Shown piece after piece: positions 32,481 through 45,388 of a stretch of 64,000 nucleotides of DNA. Made by a program: the position numbers and the translations under genes. The notes beneath the pieces were generated by a model. It ran no database searches and had not been told where the DNA came from. It saw only the letters and a list, made by a program, of their open reading frames with translations. Position 1 is the first letter of the stretch; the number at the start of each line of letters is the position of its first letter. The stretch is from contig NC_134025.1 of assembly GCF_964204645.1 (NCBI RefSeq), positions 27,446,299 to 27,510,298 on the forward strand, written 5' to 3'. This stretch comes from Tubulanus polymorphus (lineage: Eukaryota > Animalia > Nemertea).

Positions 32481-33335
32481 TCAGTAAAGTAATTCGAGAT
32501 ACTGCTGTAATAGTTTCGGCAGTTGTAAATGTTGGATAGAATCACTTTTATATTTATGTCCGATTCGGTGTCTTATACTGCAACGCGTTAGTTGTAAAAG
32601 TGACAGAGGACTGTTCGAATTGTTCGGGAATATACGTATGATATTTTCTATTTCTTCGTCGTGGATTTCAGTGCGTATCTCTTCTATAACCATGCGCGCC
32701 GTATCCAACAGTTTTAGAGTTTTATCTGATGAAATCTTCGTTTCGCATTTCATGAGATCAATAATACACTGCACTATTCCCTGAGTTTTGCTACGAGGTG
32801 TATTTGACGAGCTCCTGGGTCCGTACTGCAGAATGCGAATGAGTGCTCCTAACGCTCTATCTAAAGGCGTATTACCTTCGCTGTCAAAGGCGTGAAAATC
32901 TGCATTGTAATTTAATAAGAGTCTGCAATATTCGGGTTTGCCCATCTCAGCTGCCATGTGAAGCGCCGTTTTACCCTCTTCTAATGCTACACACCCTCTG
33001 GCGTCCACGTACGGTTGATCATTGCTTCTCAAATTATGTTTCATACTATAATGACAGAGGTAGTGTAGTATTCCGTATTCATTGTTTTGGACGGCTATTA
33101 AAATTAAAGGACAGCAGACGGTATCACTCAGACACTGTCGTGGATACTTATCGAGAAGGTGCTGCGCGTACTGAGGATGATGATACATTATCGAGAATCT
33201 CAGGGCATCGGAAGGAGAATACTGTATAGAAAAGTTATTACTAGTAGCAGATTTCGCGCGTTTGTTCCGATAGTGTTCTATAGTTCTCGGCGGCTTCGAC
33301 TGGCGTATAGCCCTAATGAATGATACCGTCGTCAT
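32481..33335 (-). CDS. ANKRD9: Ankyrin repeat domain-containing protein 9-like (ankyrin + SOCS box), single coding exon
   Basis: YSPSDALRFSIMYHHPQYAQHLL, VDARGC..EEGKTALHMAAEMGKPE, GNTPLD match recalled ANKRD9 ([43 protein letters not shown]); SOCS box PLSLLQLTRCSIR..LQLPKLLQQYL. ATG at 33335. Confidence 0.82.
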   Translation of the reverse strand: MTTVSFIRAIRQSKPPRTIEHYRNKRAKSATSNNFSIQYSPSDALRFSIMYHHPQYAQHLLDKYPRQCLSDTVCCPLILIAVQNNEYGILHYLCHYSMKHNLRSNDQPYVDARGCVALEEGKTALHMAAEMGKPEYCRLLLNYNADFHAFDSEGNTPLDRALGALIRILQYGPRSSSNTPRSKTQGIVQCIIDLMKCETKISSDKTLKLLDTARMVIEEIRTEIHDEEIENIIRIFPNNSNSPLSLLQLTRCSIRHRIGHKYKSDSIQHLQLPKLLQQYLELLY

Positions 33336-35276
33336 GCTTATCACAACACCTTTTCTCTTCTTCTCTTCCCTTTTTCTTGAAAATAATGAACCCACGTTGG
33401 CTGATAGGTGCGAAGAAATAATAAATACGTCTGAAAATAAAAGGGAAATTTTATTTGGCAAGGTCTAACGAAAATGATGACTGCCAAATTCGAACCGATA
33501 GTGAACATGATCAATTTTAAACAAGTTTTGCCTATTCAATTTTGTCGCGTACTATTATGGCACAGTTTATTCATGAGCCATGTCACACGAATCTATAGAT
33601 CTATTAATTTTGAATGTTAATTGTATATGTCCCTGTATATCACGGGTGGTGATGGCAGAATTCATTTGATTCACCATGCTATACGGGCTATGCGACTAGT
33701 TTGCAGACTTAATCAATTTAGCCTTTTGTAAATAAAAATGGAAACTATTGATAAAAACATCCTGAATACGTTGGAATAACGATATGTATTTGCAAATATA
33801 GTTATTATACGCTATATAAATCGAAGGAAGCTCGAGAGCCCTTACAGTGTAGTACTACATACAGCTGTTCCAAACCAAACGATCAATACCGAATGAGTTC
33901 AGCATAATTAAAACTACCCAATATAGTATAAATCTAATATCAAATTAATATTAAATCATCGTGTTTACAACTAGACTAACTCACCTTTTTATGTAGATTT
34001 CGCTGATTCGTACTCTATTCCTGTGTGTATCGATATTTCTATTAGTCATGGATTTCTATGTATTTTGAAGTACGTAGCGCATAGCAGTACTGTAGAGTGG
34101 CTTATGTTTACGTACGTTCAAGCGCTGAACATGCCCGTGCGTAAACTTCTGAAACAGAAACGCGCATAAATATTCTTTTCTGAAGAAGCCTCGACGCTCT
34201 TTTGATGAAAGCCGAGGATTGAAAGACCTTTAGGTACAGATCTAATGTTGTCGGCTTGAAGCAGTAACCTTGTCAACCACGACCATAAATGGATACGATC
34301 CCAGAATGCACTAATTAAACGCAGCAGGGACAGATGGGATAAAGCGAGCCAGGCTTTTGTCACACACTTTCGCGCGTGCGCTCCTTTTGTGTAGATTTTC
34401 GGTGTTAATAACGGAACCGAAGGCGGTTTACCGTTATATCATCACTATACATCACTATACCAGTGATGATATATTATTAGATTCTTTTGTTAAGTCGCGT
34501 TCTCCTGGCAATTAAACTCGAAAGTTAAACTTCGTGAAATTATCATTGAAACAGGAGCCGCAAACTTAAAGTCACAAAAGTCAGTTTGTATGAGCATATA
34601 AGTTATGAAATAAATACATCTAACTACTCCGATTTAGTTGTTATGGATAAGCAAATTATAACGGGACTCGAACCTCGTGATATATTGTGGCGCGAATCTG
34701 TGTTACGCTTCAGTTGTCCATCATTGATTGGCTTACCGTCCACCAATCACATTAGTAGACTGACGCGTCAGATGAACTTCCTGAATTCATTAGCCAATCA
34801 AAACAAAGAGAATTCGCGCTCGCGCGAAACTTTAAGATGGGGACGCAGGTCCTCGAGCCGCAAATTCATATCTACTTTACCATGAGTACGTCAAATAGAC
34901 AAAATGAAGTGATAGATTTAAAGATGGAAAACCTGGCAAGTTTAGAATCCCGGATTTATATCGCAAATTAATGAAATTACCCTAAACGCCCGAATTTTCG
35001 AAATATTTCATATATTGAAAATACAATCATTTCATACTGAATACAACAGCGTTATATATTATAATACTCGGAATTTAAAATGCAAATCACTAGACATTTA
35101 TCAGATTAAATCATGCATCGGACAACATTCATTTCATTGATAATCAACAGGTTTCTACATATATTATAACATCATGATACGTAAGTAATTATTCAAATAC
35201 TGCAATTTACTATCAATAAAAATCTTGAACACATCGACGAGTATTATCCATTTAACAATAAAGCTCACTACATATA

Positions 35277-36858
35277 CTCAAAATGGCTAGGGTAGTCCCT
35301 GTTTATAAATCCGGTGTTATAAATAATGTGTCCAATTACCGCCCCATTTCACTTTTACCAGCATTTTCAAAACTTTTTGAAAAAGCTGTTAGCAACAGGT
35401 TATCTTCTTTTATTGATAAACACAATATTCTCTCATGTAACCAATTCGGTTTTCGAAAAGGTCTCTCCACGTCACATGCTTTAATCGCATTTACTAATTA
35501 CATCACTGAGAATCTAGATAATGGAAAATTTACTGTTAGTATCATGCTTGATTTAAAAAAAGCATTTGACACTATTGATCATTCTATATTATTAGACAAG
35601 TTGTATAGTTACGGAATTCGAGGGGTTGCTCATTCATGGTTCAAATCCTACCTCACTAACCGCTTACAGCAAGTGTCGTTCAAGAACTATTTATCTGATG
35701 TCAGTCCCATTCCTATAGGGGTACCTCAGGGTTCCATCTTAGGGCCCTTGCTATTCATTTTGTTTGTTAATGACATCGTTTATTCTTGTAATTTAAACTT
35801 TTTACTATTTGCTGACGATACGACTGCCATTAACTCTCATTCCGATCTGAATATACTGCAATCAAATACTAATGTTGAGCTCACTAAACTGTTTAACTGG
35901 CTAAACTCCAATAGGCTATCTGCTAATCTGTTGAAAACGAATTATATGCTTTTCCATAAAAAGATCAATATTCTTGATGATATCGACCTTGTAATGGGTA
36001 ATGTTTCAATAACTAGAAACAGAGAAACAAAATTCCTTGGTGTAATAATTGACGACAGCCTAACATGGAACTCCCACATAAACAAGCTGTGCTCTATTGT
36101 TAGCAGAAATATTGGTGTATTAAGAAAAGCACGACGTATTTTTCCTAGATCCGCGCTCATCAAGTTATTCAACGGTTTCATCCTTCCGTATCTACAGTAC
36201 TGTAATATCGTCTGGGCATCTAATTATGTAACTAGGTTACGACCCCTTATTTTGCTTCAAAAACGCGCTATTCGCATTGCTAGTGGGGTAAATTTTCTAG
36301 AACACACTACTCCACTGTTCAAAAAGTCGTATCAACTCAAACTTCAAGACATCAATGTGTTCCAAAATTCTGTACTGATGTATAAATCTGTCCATGTGTT
36401 GCTGCCTGTCAAATTGTCCAATAGTTTAATTCGTATTTCTGATCTTCATTCCCACAACACCCGTAACTCTAATCAATTTCGTTTACCTTATTACAGAACC
36501 AATATCAGGATGTTTTCTCCTAACATTAATTGTATTAGAGTCTGGAATTCTCTACCAACTGAACTTCAGCAAGCATCCAACATCGATATATTCAAGCGGA
36601 ATTTGAAAAGACATATAATAGGATTGTATTAATACTTATCATACTTGTGTTTAACATCATGTCCATCCATTCCGCCAGGGCATTAGGCTTTTTTTCATTA
36701 AAAGTATACCCCCCTTTGGGGTCCCTTTTTGTCCTTTTTCTTTACTACGCTTTACAGTGTAGAAGTACTTTCTGTAACTTTTCTTTTATGTAATAGTGAT
36801 GACTGTATTTCTGTATTGTATCTCTTTAGTGAAGAAATAAACTTATTATATTATTATA
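35277..36858 (+). mobile_element. 5'-truncated non-LTR retrotransposon (CR1/L2/Crack group), intact RT and C-terminal ORF
   Basis: 449-aa ORF 35283-36632 with NYRPISLLP, QFGFRKG, DLKKAFD, GVPQGSILGPLLF, FADD, FLGVIID; no endonuclease domain; 3' AATAAA followed by (TTA)-like tail; candidate TSD ATATAC at both ends. Confidence 0.92.
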
Positions 36859-36963
36859 TATACCATTGCACCAGATGAATAAAGATATTGAGTTTTCATA
36901 GAGCTAGTTGTGAAAAGCACCAAAAAGACTAGACACTCTAAAATCACTTTGACTTGACTGTAT

Positions 36964-39900
36964 TTAAAAGTCCCATGTTTCTAACCATCGAAGGTGTCCC
37001 ATTGTTCCATTTTTGTAACTCATATTGCCAGTCATTCCATATGTCAGTGGGTGAAACAAAAAGAAACTGAAAATAAAGTTTAAACAGTGATAAAAACTGA
37101 CAGATTCCGCATTCCTGAATTTACCTTCAAACTCAAGGTATGAATGTAACCCACCTGTATATAAGTGCTGCTAATATTGAAGCTGTAATGATGTGCATCA
37201 AAGACCACTGAAGTCTACGTGATATTCTCAACATTATTCTTGTTAGGAAAAAATCTATGGTAATTCCTGAAATTGACATAGAATATGGCAGTGCTATACT
37301 GGTAAGTTATCTACCCGTTGGAATTTGTCCTTTTCGTCTAGACTCACCAGCAATCATACAACTAAATAGAAATGCTGGGAAATAGTGGTGGTAGTATAAA
37401 ACTCTCGTCATAGTCCAGAATGGTAAGTAATGTATCGCCCATCCAAGAGTCAACCATCCACAAGCGCCATAACTACGTTGTTTGTATTCTGAAATTTCAA
37501 ATAAGGATAGAATGACATGAAACACAATATCTTCTTCTCATTATTATTATTATTCTTTATTCACAAATTGAATTACATTAGAAAATTACAATTCAATGAA
37601 ATAAATGAAAATATTTTTCCTATGAAATTCAATAAAGTTGTGGCTTACCATGAAAGGGATAGGTATCCTTTCGTCCTCTTTGAGTTTTTACTGCATGATA
37701 AGAATAGTCCAACCCTAGGCATGTCATAAGTATCAAAACACACCACCAAATAACTGGATTTCCCAGTAAATAGATACGATATTCTTCACCAGAAAATGGT
37801 TGCCCCTGCATAGACAAATTCTACATTTACACAGACAAACATATAAAAGTTGTAATACTTTGACAATTAAGTTTATTATTATCATTATTATTATAAAGAG
37901 ACAAACAGCGGTACATTAGAACTTAAATAATTAGCCATACTAACTCGATAATTCAAAGGCCACTGCCATGGTCTCGAGGTAACTTCACCATCTTTAGGTT
38001 TTAGACCTTGATTTCCCTATGAGTACAAAATTCAAAAATCTTAATGCGCCATACATTGTATATTCATGTAAAGTGTATCCTTTATATACTCTATTACCTG
38101 ACGCATCACAGCGTGTGATTCCACAAACTTGTCCCAAAAAGATGGAGCATGTACTTCAAAACTGACATCAGGTACTGATAGAAAATTAAGAATTCAGTCT
38201 AAATATTCAGTCATTGATATATAAGTACCAGAGATTGTCTGTTAGGGTTGAATGCTTACAGCGATAGTCAGTTATTTCCTCAATGTGCCACAGATTATTT
38301 GCTTGCCATACCAATGGATTACAGGTAACTTCTAACTGTTCCCAACCCCTAAAAACGAGAGCAACGCAAGGTGGCATAATGAATAAATCAACAGTGAACT
38401 TATCATCACCATTACTGAAAGTAAGTCTGCGTACCATTTTGGAAGTTGTTTATTGTGTGAATGTAATGCACATCCGACATTCATGTGCAATAGTTTGAAT
38501 TGTGAAGTAACCGATTTCAACACATCACCATGTCGCCCTCCACTGATCTCGATCCGGAATATGTCATTCACATCTCCAGTGCCGTTCTATCAATATCAAT
38601 ATTTTGAGTTCTTGTGCAGGCAAGAAAGGTCTGAAGTAAATCAGTTATATGTAGGGACAAGTTACCTCTCCATATCCAGATATTTGATAATGGGTACGCG
38701 TCAGTGGTGCCATTTCATAATGACTGTGAAGATTTCTTTGAGTACTATAATTGTGGATAAAAATAATAGAGATTATAATGCACTGCATGATGTAAAGATG
38801 GAATATGTGGAAATCTATCTAATACACTTACACAACATGTTCTAAGCGAACTAAATCACCATTTCTCACTAGTTTTACATCATCCTCTTCCTGTGGGTTC
38901 GTATCATAATGTTTCACTATCCAAACGTTGTTATCATCTTTATGGCTGTAAGTTGTAATTTGCTGCTGACGTGGTCCCAATTCTTTCGGGTATAAATGCC
39001 AGTGTGAGTGTAGATATCCGCCACCGATTCGTGACTGTTTCATTGTTACATGTGATCCATATGCCACGACTACACAATTATAAACGATTAATCACAATAC
39101 AATATTAAATGTTTATTTTCTGTGAAGTTAATGTTGGTATGTATTTTACACATTCTAAATTATAACTTACTATTAGGCATTTTAGCATTATGTAATTTAT
39201 TGCCAATGAGTTGAGACTGAAAAGCTGAACTGAAGAAGCCATCACCACTGCCACTAAAATGAAAATAAGACTATTTTAAAAGTGATCGGACTAATATAAT
39301 TATCAAGCCATAAGTCTTGCTTTTAGATTTATCGGTACCTTTTATTTAGTATTTTGAAATGAATTGCAAAGAAACCCGCATATAGAATGGACGGAAGTAA
39401 AATCAAACAAACAGCCCTAGCAGCAAAATGTTTCAGTATGCAACTCTGAAATAACAAAATATAAAACTGAGCAACTGCACGAATAATGATTTGAAACCAT
39501 GATCTGTATCGGTAGTACTTACAATAGGGAGTGATAAATTGCCCCACATCTGCCACAAATCTTTAACAGTTGTAAATCCAGCCAATAATATCATAAACAA
39601 ACCGACAAACTTAATGCTGAAATAATCACATCAAGCTCATACTGTCAATATGCAAAACAAAATTTTTCATCTAATTCAGCGGTACTCACCCAATAGCAAA
39701 TGCAAGATTGATCCCAGTCAGCAGTAGCCAGCACCACCAACATACATGAAATGGTCTGAAATCATTATCATTCATAACAAATCAATGTGCATGAAGCAAA
39801 GCGAATGCTAACATTTCGAGTTATTAAGCTTTTTCGATGTACCTATGTTTTTCATTGATGAATTTAACAATACAAAATGAAGCAGCCATTATATAAAACA

Positions 39901-41350
39901 GAAGAAACGGATCGAGTAGAATATAACGAGTTAATGTCAAAGTCCCGGTGTCTGAAAAAAGAAATATAGAAGAAAGAAGATTCGATATAGCCGAGATCTA
40001 TTTTCAGACATAAGTTGAATATAGATACGATAGTGAGCTTACCGGAGAGTATTAGAACGGCAGTAAACAAACAAGAAGGAACAGATTTGGTTAATTCCCA
40101 AACAATACTGTAAGCTAGAGGTACAAGTGCGCTACCAAACAAAGCACAAACCTGAAAAACACAGTAGGAAAATAATACTATTTAAATGAATAGATAAAAT
40201 ACGGTATCAGGACAATTGCCCCCCCCCCGGACAGTTGCCCCCCAAATTAATTTTTTTTATATTAAAGTAACACAGATATTTACTTCTAATGAATTAGACA
40301 AAGCGAACTTATTCTAGCTAATTAGTGCAGCTAATTACTCATTGCTGATTTAAAGTTTTTGATTGGCTAAAGTAACAATAAAAACTAATTCCAATAAATT
40401 AGCCAACGTTAACTAATGCACTAGTAAGTGGACTATTTAAGTTTCCTTTGATTTGGTAAGTGAATTATTATAACTCAAGGACTGATTTAAAGTTTTTGAT
40501 CTGCACACAACATCAGTAATTCCATACCTTATAAATCTATATTCAATAATATACAAATGAATTTCTAAGTTAAGTATTTAGGTGGTGTTAAACCCAATCA
40601 ATGGATTTTATTCGGGGGAGGGCAATTGTCCAGGGAGCAGCTGTCCGGGGGGGGGGGGGGCAATTGTGCTAGAATCATAAAATACACACTTAAATAGATA
40701 TGAATTATTTACTTACAATCCTCATACCCACATACTGAGTCTCATCACCGTAATGATCACCAGGCTGTGTGAAAGGAAACGTTCCATTATAACCAGATAA
40801 CAGTCCAGCAGCCATTATCAGCATCTGATAAACACAATATAGTTAGCTATTCACGGTTTGAAATTAGAGGATGATAACGGATTACTTGATGATCTAGTGG
40901 TTTTCACATACCTTACCCACAGGAGGATGAACATCGAAGAAAAATGTCCGATTGATATACCAGCTTGCCATTTTACCGAAGTGTGTTTCATCCCAACTGA
41001 AAAGAAAATAAGATTTACTCAAGAACCAACAATCTACCAAAAGACAATGAATAACTTTGGAATTCTTACCAAACATGATTTGGTTTATGAATGTTGTATA
41101 AATGCATAATGAGACTACAGATAGTTGTGATGGTCAGGAAAATCCAGCGTGTCCAAGGTTTCCAAAATGTGACAACAATATCCAAGTTCTGTAGCCTCGG
41201 TTTGCCATTAGCTACTGGAGTGCGATCTTTGACTTTAACATGAGTTGAATTCTCTGATGAATGAGAATTACAAGCCTCAATGCTGTCACAACTTCCATTG
41301 CCTGCCATGGTTTCCACTGTCTTCTTCAATTTCTCTTCGAGGTTGGCCAT
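36964..41350 (-). CDS. POMT2: Protein O-mannosyltransferase 2
   Basis: PNHV(C)[31 protein letters not shown] domains ([48 protein letters not shown]), [22 protein letters not shown]-terminus RWLETWDF*; many GT-AG introns; likely 5'UTR exon near 41711-41800. Confidence 0.95.
40203..40676. mobile_element. Mutator (MULE)-type MITE in a POMT2 intron
   Basis: TIRs GGTATCAGGACAATTGC(C)nGGACAGTTGC / GCAGCTGTCC(G)nCAATTGTGCTAGAATC; perfect 9-bp TSD ATAAAATAC (40194-40202, 40677-40685). Confidence 0.85.
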
Positions 41351-41739
41351 TTATTCATTCACACAGCCTTAAAGTCTTTGGTGTTGTTGGGGTTGGTTGG
41401 AATTAGCAATAGCATTAAACACAGTCTTCACTTATTGAAGAACCTAAAAGAAAAAGATTGATTAGTAATCATTAGGACATTCATATTTTAGCAATCGTCA
41501 TAATTTTTATACGTTTCTTAATCTTGTTGGTAGACGGTACGTGTTCAGGACCTCAGGTAGGGACTTTTTTGTGGACGTGGCGGCGGCCGTAGTAGCGCGT
41601 AAGTAGTAAGTAAGAGGCAGTCACGACGTCGTACATATTATTAGAGCTGAGGTTCAATCAATTTTCTAACACGAATTCGCAGTATATTCCCCCGAGGATT
41701 AAACTTTACCGTAGTATCAGCTGTTTGTCTCATGTTACT

Positions 41740-42120
41740 TAGGTTAGTATGGGTTAGTGTCATTAATTGAGTGCATTAATTTTGTTCAAAAATAAAGAAA
41801 ATTGAACTTCATCATGATGCCTGCTCCACATCTCTAATCCGTCAGTGTCTTCTCAACCGAGTTTATATAGTACCGTTTACTGGCATCTATTTTCGACGAA
41901 TAAAGCTTTTTTTCTACAGCTATTTATTATATTTAAGATAAATGATAAATTATTTAGTTGATTTGGGCCAAAATTATCTTTAAAAGAATCCAATAAATTG
42001 CATGCCGGACTGTAGGGTAGAGGGTAGACCGACATTACTCTGGTTCTATTTCCTCTTCTGGGGCGTTGCGTAAAAAACTGAATTTTTATTTTGACAGTTA
42101 CCCGAACATCAAACTAATAG
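41740..42120. promoter_or_regulatory. Putative bidirectional promoter between POMT2 and ACTR3
   Basis: Divergent housekeeping genes with start codons 775 bp apart and a POMT2 upstream splice donor near 41710; inferred from geometry only. Confidence 0.5.
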
Positions 42121-42124
42121 CATC

Positions 42125-45100
42125 ATGGCTATGAGGATGCCAGCGTGTGTTATAGACAATGGAACCGGGTAATTATAATTTCTGTGCTCGTGAGAACGAC
42201 CAGGAGCAAGCCAAATCAAGTAGCAAGCAAGCCAAATGTCATTTTTCATTTCAAAAATTACTTCCTGGTTTTATGGTCCTTGCTTGGATTGGATTTAGTA
42301 TTGGATTTTTGCATTATATACTTACCTTCTACACCTTGCTTCTGCATTCACATTCATCAGGGGATCTGTCATCACGTTCTCTACCACCTAGCGGTTAAGG
42401 GCCGGTCGCCATTGCCAACGCTAATATTTGACATTATACAATTTATACGCTGCCAGCACTATTTGTACATTGATAAATCAATACACTGATCTATGTTAGT
42501 ATAAAAACCAATGATGAGATAACTCGTCACTGGCTATGGTGAAGAGATCTCTATTTTTTCGTGTCCCCATTGCCAGTGAAAAATCAAATAAATACCTAAA
42601 AGAATAAAAGTTTCATTGTAAAAATTATGTATAATGATTTTAATCATTTTATTCTCTATAAATATTGGCCGGAAAAGATGCTAAAATTCTTTGCTTTCTG
42701 TAGATTTCTTTAAAAATGTGTGCACCAGACCATAAATAGTATCTTAGTCTCTCCATACTGCCAGTCAATTTCTTAGCCGGTTTCCTCGACCCCGGCCAGG
42801 TCGTTCATAACGCTATGAAATGACGTTGAATCGATGACGATATAACTCGTCATGGCAAAACTGCAGTACACCTACCATGACAATTTATCTCGTCAAAAGC
42901 AGCAAATGTGTTAATGATCTTACAGTTTGGTCTACCCCGAGAACAATAATGGCTAGGTCAGACTAGACCGCCATGTACTACAGCCTCAACTACTGCTGAC
43001 TCACTATCACTGCTTTTATGGCCTGAGCCTTACCAAATATCCTCACTTATATATGACCCATTACATGCTTTTTGAAAGAAAACCCAAAAGTGCCATTGAT
43101 ACTTCACAATATATATTCTTTACTGTTTGCAACGTGTTTCAGTTATACAAAAATGGGTTTTGCTGGTAATACAGAACCTCAGTATATCATCCCATCAGCC
43201 GTCGCTGTCAGAGAAAGTGCTAAAGTTGGCGATAAAACATCAAACAGAGTAGGAAAAGGTGTCGATGATTTAGACTTTTTCATCGGAGATGAAGCTAAAG
43301 AAGTTCCTCAATATGCAGTTAAGGTAAAAGAATAATGCTCAATGAATATATTGACAAGATAATTAGATTATAACCTACATACAAATTGAAAAAAAGATTA
43401 CTTGAGGTTGGTCTCTAGAGAGGGTCGGAAATGTTGTCTTGATTTTGATTTTTGATGGATAAATTTTGACTTCAATTTTGACTTCAATTTTGACTTTCGG
43501 ATACCGCTAAGTAGTGGGTTTTAACGTTATTTTCTATTCTCCACATTATTTATTGTGGCTTTTCTACTACATTGACAATATTTTATCGTATGGAATGAAT
43601 CATGCTAAGACCTTTATAATTCGTATAGTATCCAGTGCGACATGGAATCGTTGAAGATTGGGATCTGATGGAGCGTTTTATGGAACAAGCAATTTTCAAA
43701 TATCTGAGAGCTGAACCTGAAGATCACTACTTTCTATTGGTATGAAAATATTCAAGGATAACTGCAGTAGAGATGATATTTCAATTTTGTCTAATTATTT
43801 TTCATAATTTTCTATTTCAGACGGAACCTCCTTTAAATACCCCTGAAAATCGTGAATATCTAGCGGAAATCATGTTCGAGTCATTTAACATACCTGGTCT
43901 TTACATCGCTGTGCAGGTTAGTCACCCTTCGAAAATTTATAGAAATTTCATCGATTCCTCTTGTATACAATTGTTTGTGTGTTTTTAGGCGGTTCTTGCT
44001 TTGACCGCGTCGTGGACTTCGAGACAAGTTGGTGAGAGAACTCTAACGGGCACAGTCATAGATTCTGGTGATGGCGTTACTCATGTTATTCCAGTTGTAA
44101 GTAGTATTATTTTACCGAATCTTTTCGTAAACATCTCTGCACGATTTTAAAGAATTGAACAAGTTGATTTTGTTTTAAAGGCTGAAGGATATGTAATAGG
44201 TAGCTGTATTAAACATATACCAATTGCTGGTCGTGATATTACTTATTTCATTCAACAACTGCTGAGAGAACGAGAAGTAGGAATTCCTCCAGAACAATCG
44301 CTAGAAACCGCTAAAGCAATAAAGGTACTGTAGCTTTGAGGGCACCGTACATTGTTAAGCGACAATTTTAACACGGCTAAAATGAAAATGGTTTTACTTC
44401 AGGAACGATATTGCTATATTTGCCCCGATATAGTGAAAGAATTTAACAAGTACGACACAGATCCGACTAAATGGATCAAACGATTTGATGGAATCAATAC
44501 AATCACAAAAAGACCATTCGGTGTGGATGTTGGATATGAACGTTTCTTAGGACCCGAAATATTCTTCCATCCAGAAGTGAGTCGATCGTTTCATATGATA
44601 ATATTGTGGTTCACATGTTAGTGCCTAATCTAAATAAATAGATAATGAACTTTTTGTTTTAGTTCTCAAATCCAGATTTCACTACACCTATATCTGAAGT
44701 TGTAGATAACGTGATCCAGAATTGTCCCATAGATGTCAGAAGAGGCTTGTATAAAGTGAGTATTCATATTTTCCTCTCCAAACTCTTATTGAAGAAAAGA
44801 AACCATCATTGACCATTTGTATTGTAGAACATTGTGTTGTCTGGTGGATCAACGATGTTCCGTGATTTCGGACGAAAATTACAGAGAAATGTAAAACGAC
44901 AAGTCGATGCTAGGCTGAAAATCAGTGAAGAACTCAGTGGGGGTAATATCAAGGTAAATAGTACAATCAAGTGGGAAAACGCAAAAAATATCTTCATATC
45001 AAAATTTCAGTGTATGTTTATAATTTGATTACCACATTAGCTGGTTTATGAGAAAACTATTCAAAATCGAACAAAGCTGATTAAAAATGATGAATATTAA

Positions 45101-45388
45101 TTAAGTTTTTCTGTCCATTTTTGTAGCCGAAACCAGTAGATGTTCAGGTAATCAGTCATCATATGCAGCGATACGCAGTCTGGTTCGGTGGCAGTATGTT
45201 AGCTTCAACAGTAAGTATTTATCCATTTTACACTGGACTTGAATTATCCACTTGTTTCTCACTCGTGATGATTGTTTCCGTTTTCATTTCAGCCCGAGTT
45301 TTATCAAGTTTGTCACACAAAAGCAAATTATGAAGAACACGGCCCGAGTATCTGTCGCCATAATCCAGTTTTCGGTGTCATGCATTAA
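42125..45388 (+). CDS. ACTR3: Actin-related protein 3 (Arp2/3 complex)
   Basis: [15 protein letters not shown]|[96 protein letters not shown]. Confidence 0.98.
42510..42914. mobile_element. Fragment of a piggyBac-like MITE in ACTR3 intron 1
   Basis: Right end reads TTAA|CACATTTGCTGCTTTTGACGAGATAAATTGTCA on the minus strand; palindromic TGAYGAKATAACTCGTCA motif at ~42513 and ~42835; left TTAA end not found. Confidence 0.45.

Noticed and set aside
34436-34472. ATATCATCACT...AGTGATGATAT palindrome with internal 10-bp duplication
   Set aside because: Flanks do not form a 7-bp direct repeat, so it was not counted as a footprint.
43465-43497. Short tandem duplications (also ~3337-3368, ~28989-29019, ~58418-58443)
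   Set aside because: Ordinary 12-18 bp slippage duplications; no spacers, not CRISPR-like.
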